NCBI GenBank assembly: GCA_964533615.1
Contig: CAZHMK010000007.1
Location: 73,653-137,652 of the forward strand
Length of the DNA: 64,000 bases
Direction: 5' to 3'
DNA from: an uncultured Eubacteriaceae bacterium
Lineage (GTDB): Bacteria; Bacillota; Clostridia; Eubacteriales; UBA1433
The translations under genes and the position numbers were made by a program. Under the pieces are notes generated by a model, which did not search any database, was not told where the DNA came from, and was given only the letters and a program-made list of their open reading frames with translations. Below, piece by piece: positions 1-10,051 of the stretch (position 1 is the stretch's first letter; the number at the start of each line of letters is the position of its first letter).

Positions 1-351
1 GGCACATATACCGGATGTGTTCGGGCGCCCCAGCATGCATTCGTAAAAGTGTATAATGATTTAGATATTCGAAAGAAATTTGAAGCTGAAAGAGATAAAC
101 ACGTAGCATTAGTGCAAAGCAGGGCACAAGCATTTTTAAACGAAGCTAAAAAGGTAGGTTTGAAATGTAGCCCATATCAAAGTGGATTCTTTATCAGTAT
201 ACCATGCGAGAATAGTATGAAAATTACTGAAGCCTTATATGAGAAAAACACATTTGTTGCTCCGATGCCTAAAGGACTCAGATTAGCGATTTGCTCATTG
301 GCTGAATGGAAATGTGCTAAATTGCCGGCAATTTTAAAAGATTTTGTTTAA
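1..351 (+). CDS. PLP-dependent aminotransferase (class I/II, aspartate/aromatic type), C-terminal fragment; 5' end lies outside the window
   Basis: Frame 1 is open from nt 1 into the listed 49..351 ORF. The sequence looks like an aminotransferase C-terminal domain (SGFFISIP...KGLRLAICSL). A terminator follows. Confidence 0.6.
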   Translation, partial: GTYTGCVRAPQHAFVKVYNDLDIRKKFEAERDKHVALVQSRAQAFLNEAKKVGLKCSPYQSGFFISIPCENSMKITEALYEKNTFVAPMPKGLRLAICSLAEWKCAKLPAILKDFV

Positions 352-371
352 TATTTTATAAAATAAATTTT

Positions 372-398
372 AAAAAGACGGAAATAAACCGTCTTTTT
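372..398 (+). terminator. Rho-independent terminator
   Basis: Hairpin AAAAAGACGG-aaataaa-CCGTCTTTTT with a T-run, just after the stop at 351. Confidence 0.75.
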
Positions 399-511
399 AA
401 AATTTTATTCGCAATTTACAATTTTTTTATATATAATGTAATAAATATTATTTATTGTAATGGATAAATTATATTTTATAAATATGTTATGTAAAGATTG
501 ATATAATATGA

Positions 512-1210
512 ATGAATGACATTTTATCATTAGTAGCATTATTGATTTTATATATACCGGTAGTATTTACTACACTTTATGTATTGAAAAGTGCAAAATT
601 ATTAACTAAAATTATTTATACCCTACTATCAATAATTTTAGTTAATTTTATAACTTATATATTCTTAGCAGTTAATCTGATTATTTTATTTATATTGTAT
701 AAAAAAGGAATTATAGAATGTAATAATGATAAGTTATATAAAAAGATTAATATAAATGATACAGTATTATTGACAGCAATTGTCGTGGGCATTAAAATAA
801 TTTTTACTTTGATAAATATGGGATATTTATATATTCTTAATAAATTGAGTATCCCGATTGAAAATCAAGAAATAATTAATCAATTAGCAAGTAGTACACC
901 TGGTTGGTTTTTATATCTTTCAGTGATTATAGTAATTTTTGCGCCGATAGCTGAAGAATTTTGTTTTAGGTATTTCTTTTACGATAAACTGTTTAGAAAT
1001 AAGTTTAAAGTAAATAGATATATATCATCTATACTTTCCGCAGTATTATTCTCATTATTGCATGCTAATATAGCCGGGGCTTTATCATTTTTTATGCTAG
1101 GTTTGATTTTGTGTTATATTTATGAAAAAAAGGGAATAATGGCAGGAATAATCATTCATGCGGAATACAATGCTTTTGCAGTACTATCAATTTTGTTTTA
1201 TCAAATTTAG
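512..1210 (+). CDS. CPBP-family (CAAX/Abi-type) intramembrane protease
   Basis: Polytopic membrane protein with an EExxxR motif (AEEFCFRY), FSLLHAN and HAEYN motifs. Confidence 0.8.
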   Translation: MNDILSLVALLILYIPVVFTTLYVLKSAKLLTKIIYTLLSIILVNFITYIFLAVNLIILFILYKKGIIECNNDKLYKKININDTVLLTAIVVGIKIIFTLINMGYLYILNKLSIPIENQEIINQLASSTPGWFLYLSVIIVIFAPIAEEFCFRYFFYDKLFRNKFKVNRYISSILSAVLFSLLHANIAGALSFFMLGLILCYIYEKKGIMAGIIIHAEYNAFAVLSILFYQI

Positions 1211-1222
1211 GAGGATCATAAT

Positions 1223-2260
1223 ATGGCAGTGACAATTCAAGATGTAGCCAAAGCGGCGAGTGTTTCAGTTGCGACGGTATCGAGAGTGGTGAATAATATC
1301 CCACTTGTAAGCGAAGATACCAAACAACGTGTGTTGTTGGCAATAGAGGAATTAGGCTATGAACCAAATGAAGTTGCAAGAAGTTTAAAAATAAGAAAAA
1401 CGAATACTATAGGTATCATTTTAGATGATATCACAAGACCGCAGCATACCACTATATCTCGCGGCGCGACAGATGCATGTTGGATGAATGGTTATAATGT
1501 TATCCTTGCAAATACGGATGCAGAACAAGTAAAAGAAGATAGTTATTTAAAAGTACTTATGCAAAAACAATGTGATGGAATTTTAATTATCAGCCGAAAA
1601 ATTACTAAAAATTTTGGGGGAAAACTTGAAACAATTGGTATACCCATTGTTTTAGGGGCTATTTCAGACGATGAAAAACAGTTTACCAATGTGAGCATTG
1701 ATAATACAAAAGCCGGATATGATGCAACAAAATATTTATATGAAAACGGTCATGCTGATGTTGGCTATATTATGATGAAGCAAGATCAATATAAGGTATG
1801 TGAAGACAGAATTGATGGTTTTAAAACAGCTGTTGAAGAATTTGATTTAAATACAAAGGAAGAATGGTGTATTGAAAGTGCTGGCAAAAGATTTTCAGAA
1901 CATAATGCAATAGACGGATATGAAGCGATGGAACAAATATTGAACAGCAAGCAATTACCGACGGCTATTATTACTGCAAATGATGAAATCGCGCTCGGCG
2001 CAATAAGATGCATAGAAGCAAGAGGACTAAAGGTTCCTTTGGATATTAGTGTTCTTGGTTTTAATGATTACTGGCTGTCTGAATGGGTGAAACCGCAAAT
2101 TACAACTGTTGCGTATCCGATGTACGATGTTGGAGCGGTGTGTGCCAGCTTATTAATTAAAAAAATTAAAAGCGGAAGCAGTGAATTAAATGCCAATGAC
2201 AGCATGGTTATCCCGCATGATATTGTTATAAGACAATCGGTAAGAAACTTAAATGAATAA
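1223..2260 (+). CDS. LacI-family transcriptional regulator
   Basis: N-terminal HTH (TIQDVAKAASVSVATVSRVVNN) plus a periplasmic-binding-protein-like sugar-binding core. An AGGAGGA RBS sits 12 nt after the CPBP stop. Confidence 0.9.
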   Translation: MAVTIQDVAKAASVSVATVSRVVNNIPLVSEDTKQRVLLAIEELGYEPNEVARSLKIRKTNTIGIILDDITRPQHTTISRGATDACWMNGYNVILANTDAEQVKEDSYLKVLMQKQCDGILIISRKITKNFGGKLETIGIPIVLGAISDDEKQFTNVSIDNTKAGYDATKYLYENGHADVGYIMMKQDQYKVCEDRIDGFKTAVEEFDLNTKEEWCIESAGKRFSEHNAIDGYEAMEQILNSKQLPTAIITANDEIALGAIRCIEARGLKVPLDISVLGFNDYWLSEWVKPQITTVAYPMYDVGAVCASLLIKKIKSGSSELNANDSMVIPHDIVIRQSVRNLNE

Positions 2261-2264
2261 AAAC

Positions 2265-2290
2265 AAAGGAGATTTATAAATCTCCTTTTT
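2265..2290. terminator. Bidirectional terminator between convergent genes
   Basis: AAAGGAGATTT / AAATCTCCTTT inverted repeat, with an A-run on one side and a T-run on the other. Confidence 0.7.
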
Positions 2291-2303
2291 ATATTAATAA
2301 AAA

Positions 2304-3191
2304 CTAATCGAAAGCGAGTCCCAAATAGGCTGACTGGTCTATTGAAAAATCAATAGGAAGAAATGTTAATGTTTTAAATACGGCAAACGATCTTATGCTA
2401 CCGCCTAGATTTAGTCCTGAAAAAGATGGTGTTCTTAACATATATTTTTCTGCATGAAAAAAAATGCTAATTTGTTTGAGCGCAGCATTAAGGTATTTAT
2501 CATCAAGAAGCAGTTCTTTAATAAATATTTTTTTAGGAGATAACTTTTCAATGATAACGCATCCTTGAGCACATTCAAAATTTAATATATAAATATCTGC
2601 ATTCGTTTCTTGACATAATTTTTTTTGATAGGCTACATCTTCATCAGAGTACTTTATAAATATTTTGCCAGATAATATTTTATTTCTTACGTAGTTATAT
2701 TTATCTGCGCTGGCTGGTGCAAGGTTACATTTTTCTAATATTTCCGAAGAAAGAAGCTGAATCGACTTATAACTCAGCAAATTTTCGCGTATATAAAATC
2801 CATCTTTATAATTTTGATTATAATAGAATGCAAAAAGTGGCTGCGAAGCGGGGACTAAAACAGATAAACATTCATTATTAGATTTGATATATTTATTACT
2901 TTGAGTAATGAGCTGTGTTGCCAAGTTTTTACCACGATAATTTGGATGCGTTGCTATTGCATAGAGCATTGTGGTTTTATATATTCTATTATTTTGCAAA
3001 ACCAATTCAAGAGGCATCATAGTAAGCATTGAGGCTATTTGATTATTTTCAAACAGCAATAGAGTTTCTGATTGTTTAAATCGATATTTATAATAAAAAT
3101 CAATATAGCTCTCTTCATCGCCAAAACAGAGTTTCCATAGCTCCTTTAGTTTATTGATTTCATTATTTTTGGCAAACCTTATTTCAGCCAT
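2304..3191 (-). CDS. GNAT-family N-acetyltransferase (Eis-like architecture)
   Basis: N-terminal GNAT core (ATHPNYRGKNLATQLI acetyl-CoA loop) with an extended C-terminal domain. Confidence 0.7.
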   Translation of the reverse strand: MAEIRFAKNNEINKLKELWKLCFGDEESYIDFYYKYRFKQSETLLLFENNQIASMLTMMPLELVLQNNRIYKTTMLYAIATHPNYRGKNLATQLITQSNKYIKSNNECLSVLVPASQPLFAFYYNQNYKDGFYIRENLLSYKSIQLLSSEILEKCNLAPASADKYNYVRNKILSGKIFIKYSDEDVAYQKKLCQETNADIYILNFECAQGCVIIEKLSPKKIFIKELLLDDKYLNAALKQISIFFHAEKYMLRTPSFSGLNLGGSIRSFAVFKTLTFLPIDFSIDQSAYLGLAFD

Positions 3192-3212
3192 TTTGTTCCT
3201 CGATATAGTTCT

Positions 3213-4121
3213 TTATTTTAATGAAGTATAGTAAGCAGTATCTTTTTTAGTCATTTTAATGGGATAGTATGAAGATTTTGCTTTTCGAAGCCCTTCATAA
3301 CCCATATCTTCTTCACGATTGACATAAATGATTTCAGAATATTTTTCTTGTACTCTTTCAGCATATTCCCGGTTAATCATCTGATATGCTCCTCGAATAT
3401 CACTAAACGCTTTTTCTACATGAATGACATAGGTATCGGAATTTAATTTTTCTCCTATGGTATAAGCAATTATCTCGCTGTCAATTCTGATTAAGCCACC
3501 TTCCAATTCAAGAGCATGAAAGTTATCAAATGAACGCTTGACAGCGCAGTATTCTTCGGATAGATGATTATCTTCGTCACATCCATTTTTAATACACCAC
3601 TGCACATTCATATCCCAGCATTCAGATAAATTTTCTGGGCTTATGGATTCGAATTTCCAATTAAAATGATTTTTAAAATAATTGATATGATTGCGTTTTG
3701 CATGTAATTTTTTACCCGATAAAGTCACAAGCTTGTCAATTAAATATACATAATCATAAATATCTCTATTTTCTTCATAAGTAAAATTATTTGGATAAAG
3801 GTTTTCTAAAATTGAAATATTTTGTTCTGATAATCCGGCAAATTTAAAACAATGGCCTCGATCTACAGCATCCTGAATCATGAAGTCAATGACTTCTTTG
3901 ATATCTCCATCTCCGGCCGGGAATAAATAGTAAGGGTCATCATATGGAACATCTGCTTTGATCACTACATAATTATTGATATGTGCTGCAACATAGTTAT
4001 TTATTTTAGACCAAGAAAATAAATTAGTAAAATTTTGATGACAACCTTCCATATCTGCCTTTGAGATTATGGGCTTCATCCATGACTTATCTTCAATACG
4101 TATTTTATTAAAATTTATCAT
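3213..4121 (-). CDS. DUF2156-like protein (related to the C-terminal aminoacyl-transferase domain of MprF-type enzymes)
   Basis: Size and N-terminal pattern (FxxIxxEDKxxxxPxxxxxxxxxCxxxFTNLFxW) recalled from the DUF2156 family. It lies 21 nt upstream of the GNAT gene on the same strand. Confidence 0.55.
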   Translation of the reverse strand: MINFNKIRIEDKSWMKPIISKADMEGCHQNFTNLFSWSKINNYVAAHINNYVVIKADVPYDDPYYLFPAGDGDIKEVIDFMIQDAVDRGHCFKFAGLSEQNISILENLYPNNFTYEENRDIYDYVYLIDKLVTLSGKKLHAKRNHINYFKNHFNWKFESISPENLSECWDMNVQWCIKNGCDEDNHLSEEYCAVKRSFDNFHALELEGGLIRIDSEIIAYTIGEKLNSDTYVIHVEKAFSDIRGAYQMINREYAERVQEKYSEIIYVNREEDMGYEGLRKAKSSYYPIKMTKKDTAYYTSLK

Positions 4122-4186
4122 AAATCTTCCTAATAATTGTTTTATAAATAAATATATTATACTTTAATTCATATAATAATTGCAAG

Positions 4187-4202
4187 TTAAAGCATGCTTT
4201 AA
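4187..4202. promoter_or_regulatory. 16-bp perfect palindrome TTAAAGCATGCTTTAA (candidate operator)
   Basis: Perfect dyad located 66 nt upstream of the DUF2156 start codon, in the divergent intergenic region. Confidence 0.3.
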
Positions 4203-4304
4203 TAGAATCATTTAATTTGACAAGTTGAGTATAAAATTACTTAATAGCGTTTTGTGCAGAAGGTGATTCAAGTATCAAGAACATAATATACATATGAAGT
4301 ATTT

Positions 4305-4479
4305 ATGGTTCGGATAACCGATAGTATAAGCGATATATCAAAACAAAGACAAAAAAAATCAGGAATTGATGTTATGCCGTTGCATGAAATATTATAATCC
4401 ATATTTTAAAGACAATCATATATATACTTCAGACATCGGCAGTGTTGTGGGCGCTTATACGGGAGAGGGCACCATATAA
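4305..4479 (+). pseudogene. degV-family remnant (N-terminal about 30 codons joined out of frame to the C-terminal about 25 codons)
   Basis: 4305..4397 encodes MVRITDSISDISKQRQKKSGIDVMPLHEIL*, a DegV N-terminal pattern of TDSxxD...PL. A second frame ending at 4479 encodes ...IYTSDIGSVVGAYTGEGTI*, a DegV C-terminal pattern of IGxxxGxHxGxG. Compare the intact DegV at 45579..46457. Confidence 0.55.
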
Positions 4480-4509
4480 GTTAAAAATAAAATTTAAAGC
4501 GGAAGAAAA

Positions 4510-5658
4510 CTATGATAATCTGGATTTAAAGTCATCATAGCTAAATTCTTTTATTATTTTTATTCCTGATATTTTATTATAAGAAGCGATTGCGGGTAGA
4601 TTGATGCCGTTAAAAGTATTATTTTTTACCATACTATAATGTGCCATATCGCGAAATACTAATTTATCGCCAATCTTTAACAGGCTGTTAAAAGAATAAT
4701 CCCCAATAATATCGCCCGCAAGGCAGGTAGGGCCGCCTAATCTGTAAGTATAGAGTAAAGAGCCGGGGTCAGCTGCATTGATGATATTTGGTCTGTAAGG
4801 CATTTCAAGAACATCGGGCATATGGCATGCTGCCGATGTATCCAGAATGCAAATATTCATTTTATTGTATACAATATCTATAATACTGGAAACTAAAAAG
4901 CCGGTATTGAGCACAACGGCTTCTCCTGGTTCCAAATAAACGTCAACACCATATTTATTTTTAAAAAACAGGATACATTCTATTAAAGTCGATATATCAT
5001 AAGAAGGACTTGTTATATGCTGACCACCCCCTAGATTTATCCACTTCATTTTAGCAATATATTTCCCGAATTTTTTCTCTATTACTTGAACAGTTCTATG
5101 CAATACATCCGAATTTTGCTCACACATTGTATGAAAGTGAATTCCGTCAATTCCGTCAAGTTCATTTTCTTTGAAATTTTCAAACGTTACTCCAAGCCTT
5201 GAATATTGGTAACAAGGATTATAAATATCTGTTTTGATCTCGGAATATTCAGGATTTATGCGAATGCCACACTGCACATTCGAGCAATTATGATGTTTTA
5301 TTTTTTGTTTGAATTTATTCCATTGAGAAAATGAATTGAAAATAATATGATCGCATACGGATAAAATCTCGTTAAACTCATTTTCCACATAGGCCGGAGA
5401 AAATATATGCACTTCTTTTCCAAACTTTTCTCGGCCAAGTTTTGCTTCAAATAAAGAACTGGCAGCAGTTCCGCACAAATAACTGCTTATAAGAGGATAG
5501 AGAGAAAACATGGAAAAAGCTTTTTGCGCTAAAAGAATCTTGCATCCTGTCTGCTGCATAACGTTTTCCAATATTTGAAGATTTTTTACAAGCAATGTTT
5601 CATCAACGATATAACAAGGAGTTGGCACCGCATTAAAATCAATATTCGTCTTATTCAT
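4510..5658 (-). CDS. nspC: Carboxynorspermidine/carboxyspermidine decarboxylase
   Basis: 382 aa alanine-racemase-fold decarboxylase with an NspC-like N-terminus (PTPCYIVDE) and a GGG(Q)H motif. Its start overlaps the upstream gene's stop by 1 nt. Confidence 0.85.
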   Translation of the reverse strand: MNKTNIDFNAVPTPCYIVDETLLVKNLQILENVMQQTGCKILLAQKAFSMFSLYPLISSYLCGTAASSLFEAKLGREKFGKEVHIFSPAYVENEFNEILSVCDHIIFNSFSQWNKFKQKIKHHNCSNVQCGIRINPEYSEIKTDIYNPCYQYSRLGVTFENFKENELDGIDGIHFHTMCEQNSDVLHRTVQVIEKKFGKYIAKMKWINLGGGQHITSPSYDISTLIECILFFKNKYGVDVYLEPGEAVVLNTGFLVSSIIDIVYNKMNICILDTSAACHMPDVLEMPYRPNIINAADPGSLLYTYRLGGPTCLAGDIIGDYSFNSLLKIGDKLVFRDMAHYSMVKNNTFNGINLPAIASYNKISGIKIIKEFSYDDFKSRLS

Positions 5659-6866
5659 TACTTATCCATTTCTAATAATTCTGGAGAGAAAGTTTCATGC
5701 CATGGCAGGCCAAATAGATTCAAGGCATCCATAAATGGATCCGGATTGAATTCTTCAATATTAAAGACACCCGGTTTTTTCCATTTTCCGCTCATGATCA
5801 TCATAGCACCTATCATTGCCGGCACACCTGTTGTATAAGATATTGCCTGAGAGCCGACTTCCGCATATGCTTCTTGATGATCACAAACATTATATACATA
5901 ATATTTTAATGGCTTGCCGTTTTTGACTCCTTGGAAAATACATCCGATATTTGTTTTTCCTTTGGTACGGGGGCCTAATGAAGCGGGGTCGGGCAGGACT
6001 GCTTTTAAAAATTGAAGCGGAACAATTTTTCGGCCTTCAAAATCTATCGGTTCAATGGATGTCATCCCCACATTTTCAAGAACTTTAAGATGAGTGAGGT
6101 ATTTTTCTGAAAATGTCATCCAAAATCTTATTTTTTTAATTCCTTTAATATTTAAGGCTAAAGATTCCAGTTCTTCATGATGAAGGAGATAAATATCTTT
6201 AGTTCCGATTTGCGGGAAATTATATGCTGTCTTTATAGAAAGGGGCTCGGTTTCTATGAATTTACCATTATCGAAGTAGCTGCCGTTTGCAGTTATTTCA
6301 CGGATATTGATTTCGGGATTAAAATTTGTTGCGAAAGGATATCCGTGATCTCCGGCATTGGCATCCAAAATATCGATTGTATGAATTTCATCAAAATAAT
6401 GTTTCTGGGCATAAGCCGAAAATACGCCGGTAACTCCGGGATCGAATCCGCTGCCTAAAAGAGCCGTGATGCCGGCTTCTTTAAATTTATCTCTATACGT
6501 CCACTGCCATTTATATTCAAATTTTGCCGTATCTAAAGGTTCATAATTTGCGGTATCGACATAATCAACTTTTGTTGCGAGGCAAGCATCCATTATAGTT
6601 AAATCTTGATAAGGCAGCGCAACATTGATTACAATATCAGGTTTGAAATTGTGAATTAAATCAATCACTTCATCTGTATGATCGGCATCTACTTGAGCAG
6701 TCGAAATTTTTGTCTTTCCTCCATCAAGTTTTACTTTAAGAGCATCACATTTTGATAATGTTCTGCTGGCGATACAAATTTCCTCAAATACTTCAGGATT
6801 TTGACAACATTTATGGACTACAACACTGGCTACGCCGCCAGCTCCAATGATTAATGCTTTTCCCAT
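5658..6866 (-). CDS. Carboxy(nor)spermidine synthase/dehydrogenase (saccharopine dehydrogenase family)
   Basis: N-terminal Rossmann motif IIGAGGVASVV. The length (402 aa) and pairing with nspC are typical of CASDH/CANSDH. Confidence 0.8.
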   Translation of the reverse strand: MGKALIIGAGGVASVVVHKCCQNPEVFEEICIASRTLSKCDALKVKLDGGKTKISTAQVDADHTDEVIDLIHNFKPDIVINVALPYQDLTIMDACLATKVDYVDTANYEPLDTAKFEYKWQWTYRDKFKEAGITALLGSGFDPGVTGVFSAYAQKHYFDEIHTIDILDANAGDHGYPFATNFNPEINIREITANGSYFDNGKFIETEPLSIKTAYNFPQIGTKDIYLLHHEELESLALNIKGIKKIRFWMTFSEKYLTHLKVLENVGMTSIEPIDFEGRKIVPLQFLKAVLPDPASLGPRTKGKTNIGCIFQGVKNGKPLKYYVYNVCDHQEAYAEVGSQAISYTTGVPAMIGAMMIMSGKWKKPGVFNIEEFNPDPFMDALNLFGLPWHETFSPELLEMDK

Positions 6867-6886
6867 TTTTTCTTACTCCTTAAAAT

Positions 6887-7738
6887 TTATCTACATATAT
6901 TTAATAAAATTTCACGCAGTAGTTTACATGCAAGGGATGTTGATATACCGCTTTGATCGTATATTGGCGATAATTCATTGACATCAACACCAACTATATC
7001 TAATTTTGAAATTTGCATAATTGCATCCAATAAATGATTGAACGATACTCCACCGGCTTCCGGAGTACCCGTGCCCGGTAATATAGCAGGGTCTAAAACA
7101 TCCAGGTCAATACTTAAATAGATTGGTTTTGATAAAAGTATATTTAGTGCGGTTTTTAAATTATTAAAATTAAATTTGTTTAATATCACGTGATCTTTAG
7201 CCCAACGAAACTCTTCGCGATCACCGCTTCTAATGCCGAATTGGAATATTTTATGGTCACCTAAAATTTCCCAGCAACGCCTCATAACTGTTGCGTGAGA
7301 TAATTTTTCGCCCAGATATTCATCCCGTAAGTCTGTGTGTGCGTCAAAATGAATGATATGAAGATCGGGATACTTTTTATAACAGGCACGCACGGTGCCC
7401 AATGTTATGAGATGTTCACCGCCAATCATCAATGGAAGTTTATCATCGGATAATATTTTTTCAGTATAATCTTCAATAATATTCAGTGCATTTTTCGGAT
7501 TTCCGAAAGGAAGCTCCAAATCACCGCTGTCATATACGGCAATATCCGTTAAATCACGGTCTAAATAAGGACTGTATGTTTCTATGCTATAACTTTCGTT
7601 TCTAATTGCTGCGCTGGCAAATCTAGAGCCGGGACGATAGGAAGCAGTGCTGTCAAAAGGGGCACCGAATAAAACGATTTTACAATCGTTATAATTTTTA
7701 TTGCATCCTATAAAAGTTTTCTCATATTTGTTAAACAT
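6887..7738 (-). CDS. speB: Agmatinase (ureohydrolase family)
   Basis: Arginase-fold Mn-binding motifs GGEH, DAHTD and SIDLDVLDP. Confidence 0.85.
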   Translation of the reverse strand: MFNKYEKTFIGCNKNYNDCKIVLFGAPFDSTASYRPGSRFASAAIRNESYSIETYSPYLDRDLTDIAVYDSGDLELPFGNPKNALNIIEDYTEKILSDDKLPLMIGGEHLITLGTVRACYKKYPDLHIIHFDAHTDLRDEYLGEKLSHATVMRRCWEILGDHKIFQFGIRSGDREEFRWAKDHVILNKFNFNNLKTALNILLSKPIYLSIDLDVLDPAILPGTGTPEAGGVSFNHLLDAIMQISKLDIVGVDVNELSPIYDQSGISTSLACKLLREILLNICR

Positions 7739-8579
7739 GATTTAATAAATCCTTTACATAGTTTGGAATAGCGAAAGCACCTTTATGCAAAGCAGTATTA
7801 TAATATTTCGCTTTTAAATTTAATGTATTCCATATATCTTCTTTTAAGTGCTCTATCGGATCAAAATATTTAGAGGCAAAACCAAACATCCAATGTCCTG
7901 AAGGGTACGTAGGAATATGTGCTTGGTAGACCTTACTGATAGGAAAAACGGATTTAATTTGTTTGTGTGCCCTTTGCATAGCACGTGCATCATTGGGATA
8001 ATAAGGGCTTTCGTGCTGGTTAACTAATATACCGTTGTATTTTAATGCGTTAAAACAGTTTCCGTAAAACTCTTTTGTAAAAAGTCCTTCGCCGGGGCCG
8101 AAGGGATCAGTAGAATCAACAATAATCAAATCATATTCTTCTTGTTTATAACGAACATATTTTAAGCCGTCTTCAAAAAATAAATTAACCCTCTCATCTG
8201 TTAATTTGCAGGATGTTTGAGGTATATGTTCTTTACACACATCTACAACGGCTTTATCAATTTCAACCATATCAATATTTTCAACTGTATTATAACGTGT
8301 CAACTCGCGCACGGCGCCGCCGTCTCCCGCTCCGATAACAAGTATATTTTTAATAGATGGATTGACAGCCATCGGAACATGCACAATCATTTCATGATAG
8401 ATAAATTCATCTTTTTCTGTAATCATAAGATAGCCGTCCAGCACCAGAATTTTGCCGAACTCAAATGAATCATATATATCAATTCGCTGAAAATCACTCT
8501 GCATACTTACAATTTGTTTATTTATCTTTATTGAAAAACGTACATTATCTGTGTGCTGCTCACTGTACCACAGTTCCAT
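7731..8579 (-). CDS. speE: Polyamine aminopropyltransferase (spermidine synthase)
   Basis: Contains the GAGDGG motif, and N-terminal MELWYSE...D is typical of SpeE. It overlaps speB by 8 nt and shares a TAATG junction with speA. Confidence 0.9.
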   Translation of the reverse strand: MELWYSEQHTDNVRFSIKINKQIVSMQSDFQRIDIYDSFEFGKILVLDGYLMITEKDEFIYHEMIVHVPMAVNPSIKNILVIGAGDGGAVRELTRYNTVENIDMVEIDKAVVDVCKEHIPQTSCKLTDERVNLFFEDGLKYVRYKQEEYDLIIVDSTDPFGPGEGLFTKEFYGNCFNALKYNGILVNQHESPYYPNDARAMQRAHKQIKSVFPISKVYQAHIPTYPSGHWMFGFASKYFDPIEHLKEDIWNTLNLKAKYYNTALHKGAFAIPNYVKDLLNHV

Positions 8580-10051
8580 TACATATCCTCCACTACAAAA
8601 ATACGTTCAAGACTCATATCTTGGGTGCCTGTCAAGAGACAGTTTTTTTCTTTTGCATATAATATATAGTTTAAAATATCTTCTGTTATGATTTCTCCCG
8701 GAGCTAATATAGGAATACCGGGTGGGTAGCTCATAACAAATTCGGCGCATATCTTTCCTATGCTTTTTTGCATAAGAACAGATTTCTTTTTAGAATAAAA
8801 CGCGTTTTGAGGCGTGATTACAATCCGAGGGTTTATATATTCATGATTGATTAACCTGGTGGCATCTTTTTTATATAATCTTTTAATTTCAAACAGAGCA
8901 GAAATAAGCCGTTCAATATCCTGTTTTCTATCTCCGGCAGAGATAATAGCAAGAATATTTCCAATGTCTCCGAATTCTATTTGTATACCAAATTCATCAC
9001 GTAGAATGTCGTAGACTTCAATGCCGGCAAGACCGATATCTCTTGTATATATTGATAATTTTGTGGTATCAAAATTAAATACATAATCATTATCTATTAA
9101 TTCTTTTGAAAAAGCATAATAACCACCTAATTGATTAATTTCATTACGTGCATAATCAGCCGACTCAATTGTCTTTTTAAAAATTTCTTTACCATGAATG
9201 CTCAAATTTCTTCTTGCAATATCCAGTGACGAAAGAAGGAGATAGGAACTGCTTGTAGTCTGTAACAAGTTGATTATTTGTCTTACGTAATCTGCATTTA
9301 TATTTTTACCGCATAAAAGAATAGAGCTTTGTGTAAGAGAGCCGCCTGTTTTATGCATGCTTATCGCTGACATATCAGCGTCGGCTTTCATGGCGGATAT
9401 TGGCATATTATCACCAAAGTAAAAGTGAGTGCCATGTGCTTCATCTACCAATACTTTCATGTTATGCTCATGTGCAAGTGGGACAATTTCCTGTAAATTT
9501 GAACATATTCCATAATAAGTAGGGTTATTTACAAAAACTGCCTTTGCGTCAGGATGCTGCTTAATAGTATCTTTGATATCCGATATTGACATGCCTAACG
9601 GAATGCCCAGTTTTTTATGAATACCCGGATTAATATAAATGGGAATAGCACCGCATACAACAAGTGCATTGATCGCGCTTCTGTGAACATTACGCGGCAT
9701 AATGAGTTTGTTGCCCGGTTTACAGCACGACATGATCATAGCTTGCACTGCAGCTGTTGTACCGTTTACCATGAAAAAGGATTCATGAGCTCCAAATGCC
9801 GCAGCTGCAAGGGCTTGAGCTTCTTTAATAACGGAGACGGGATGACAAAGATTATCCAGAGGTTTCATAGAATTGACATCTGCTTTAAGACAATTTTCTC
9901 CAAGGAATTCTGTCAATTCTTTGTTGCCTTTACCGCTTTTATGACCGGGTACATCAAAATGTACAATTCTATTAAGCCTATGCTCATTTAATGCTTCAAA
10001 CAAAGGTGCATTATTTTGCGAAATTTTTGCCATGTTTATCGTTCCTATCAA
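8579..10051 (-). CDS. speA: Arginine (Orn/Lys/Arg family) decarboxylase, PLP fold type I
   Basis: 490 aa with the [16 protein letters not shown]-lysine motif, like the Bacillus-type SpeA. Confidence 0.8.
   Translation of the reverse strand: MIGTINMAKISQNNAPLFEALNEHRLNRIVHFDVPGHKSGKGNKELTEFLGENCLKADVNSMKPLDNLCHPVSVIKEAQALAAAAFGAHESFFMVNGTTAAVQAMIMSCCKPGNKLIMPRNVHRSAINALVVCGAIPIYINPGIHKKLGIPLGMSISDIKDTIKQHPDAKAVFVNNPTYYGICSNLQEIVPLAHEHNMKVLVDEAHGTHFYFGDNMPISAMKADADMSAISMHKTGGSLTQSSILLCGKNINADYVRQIINLLQTTSSSYLLLSSLDIARRNLSIHGKEIFKKTIESADYARNEINQLGGYYAFSKELIDNDYVFNFDTTKLSIYTRDIGLAGIEVYDILRDEFGIQIEFGDIGNILAIISAGDRKQDIERLISALFEIKRLYKKDATRLINHEYINPRIVITPQNAFYSKKKSVLMQKSIGKICAEFVMSYPPGIPILAPGEIITEDILNYILYAKEKNCLLTGTQDMSLERIFVVEDM

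Noticed and set aside
1152-1379. Antisense and overlapping ORFs in the track: 1152-1379, 1786-2013, 5575-5838, 6177-6458, 8217-8662, 9617-9991, 13259-13895, 15359-16052, 19020-19244, 19481-19690, 20626-22221, 24103-24345, 32406-33379, 34550-34995, 36743-38632, 39230-40178, 40672-41101, 46533-46868, 48121-48835, 55214-56255, 58102-58398, 59858-60058, 60522-60752, 63084-63266
   Set aside because: Each is fully embedded in, or antisense to, a long ORF with clear family motifs. They lack RBSs and have skewed, low-complexity composition, which is typical of shadow ORFs.
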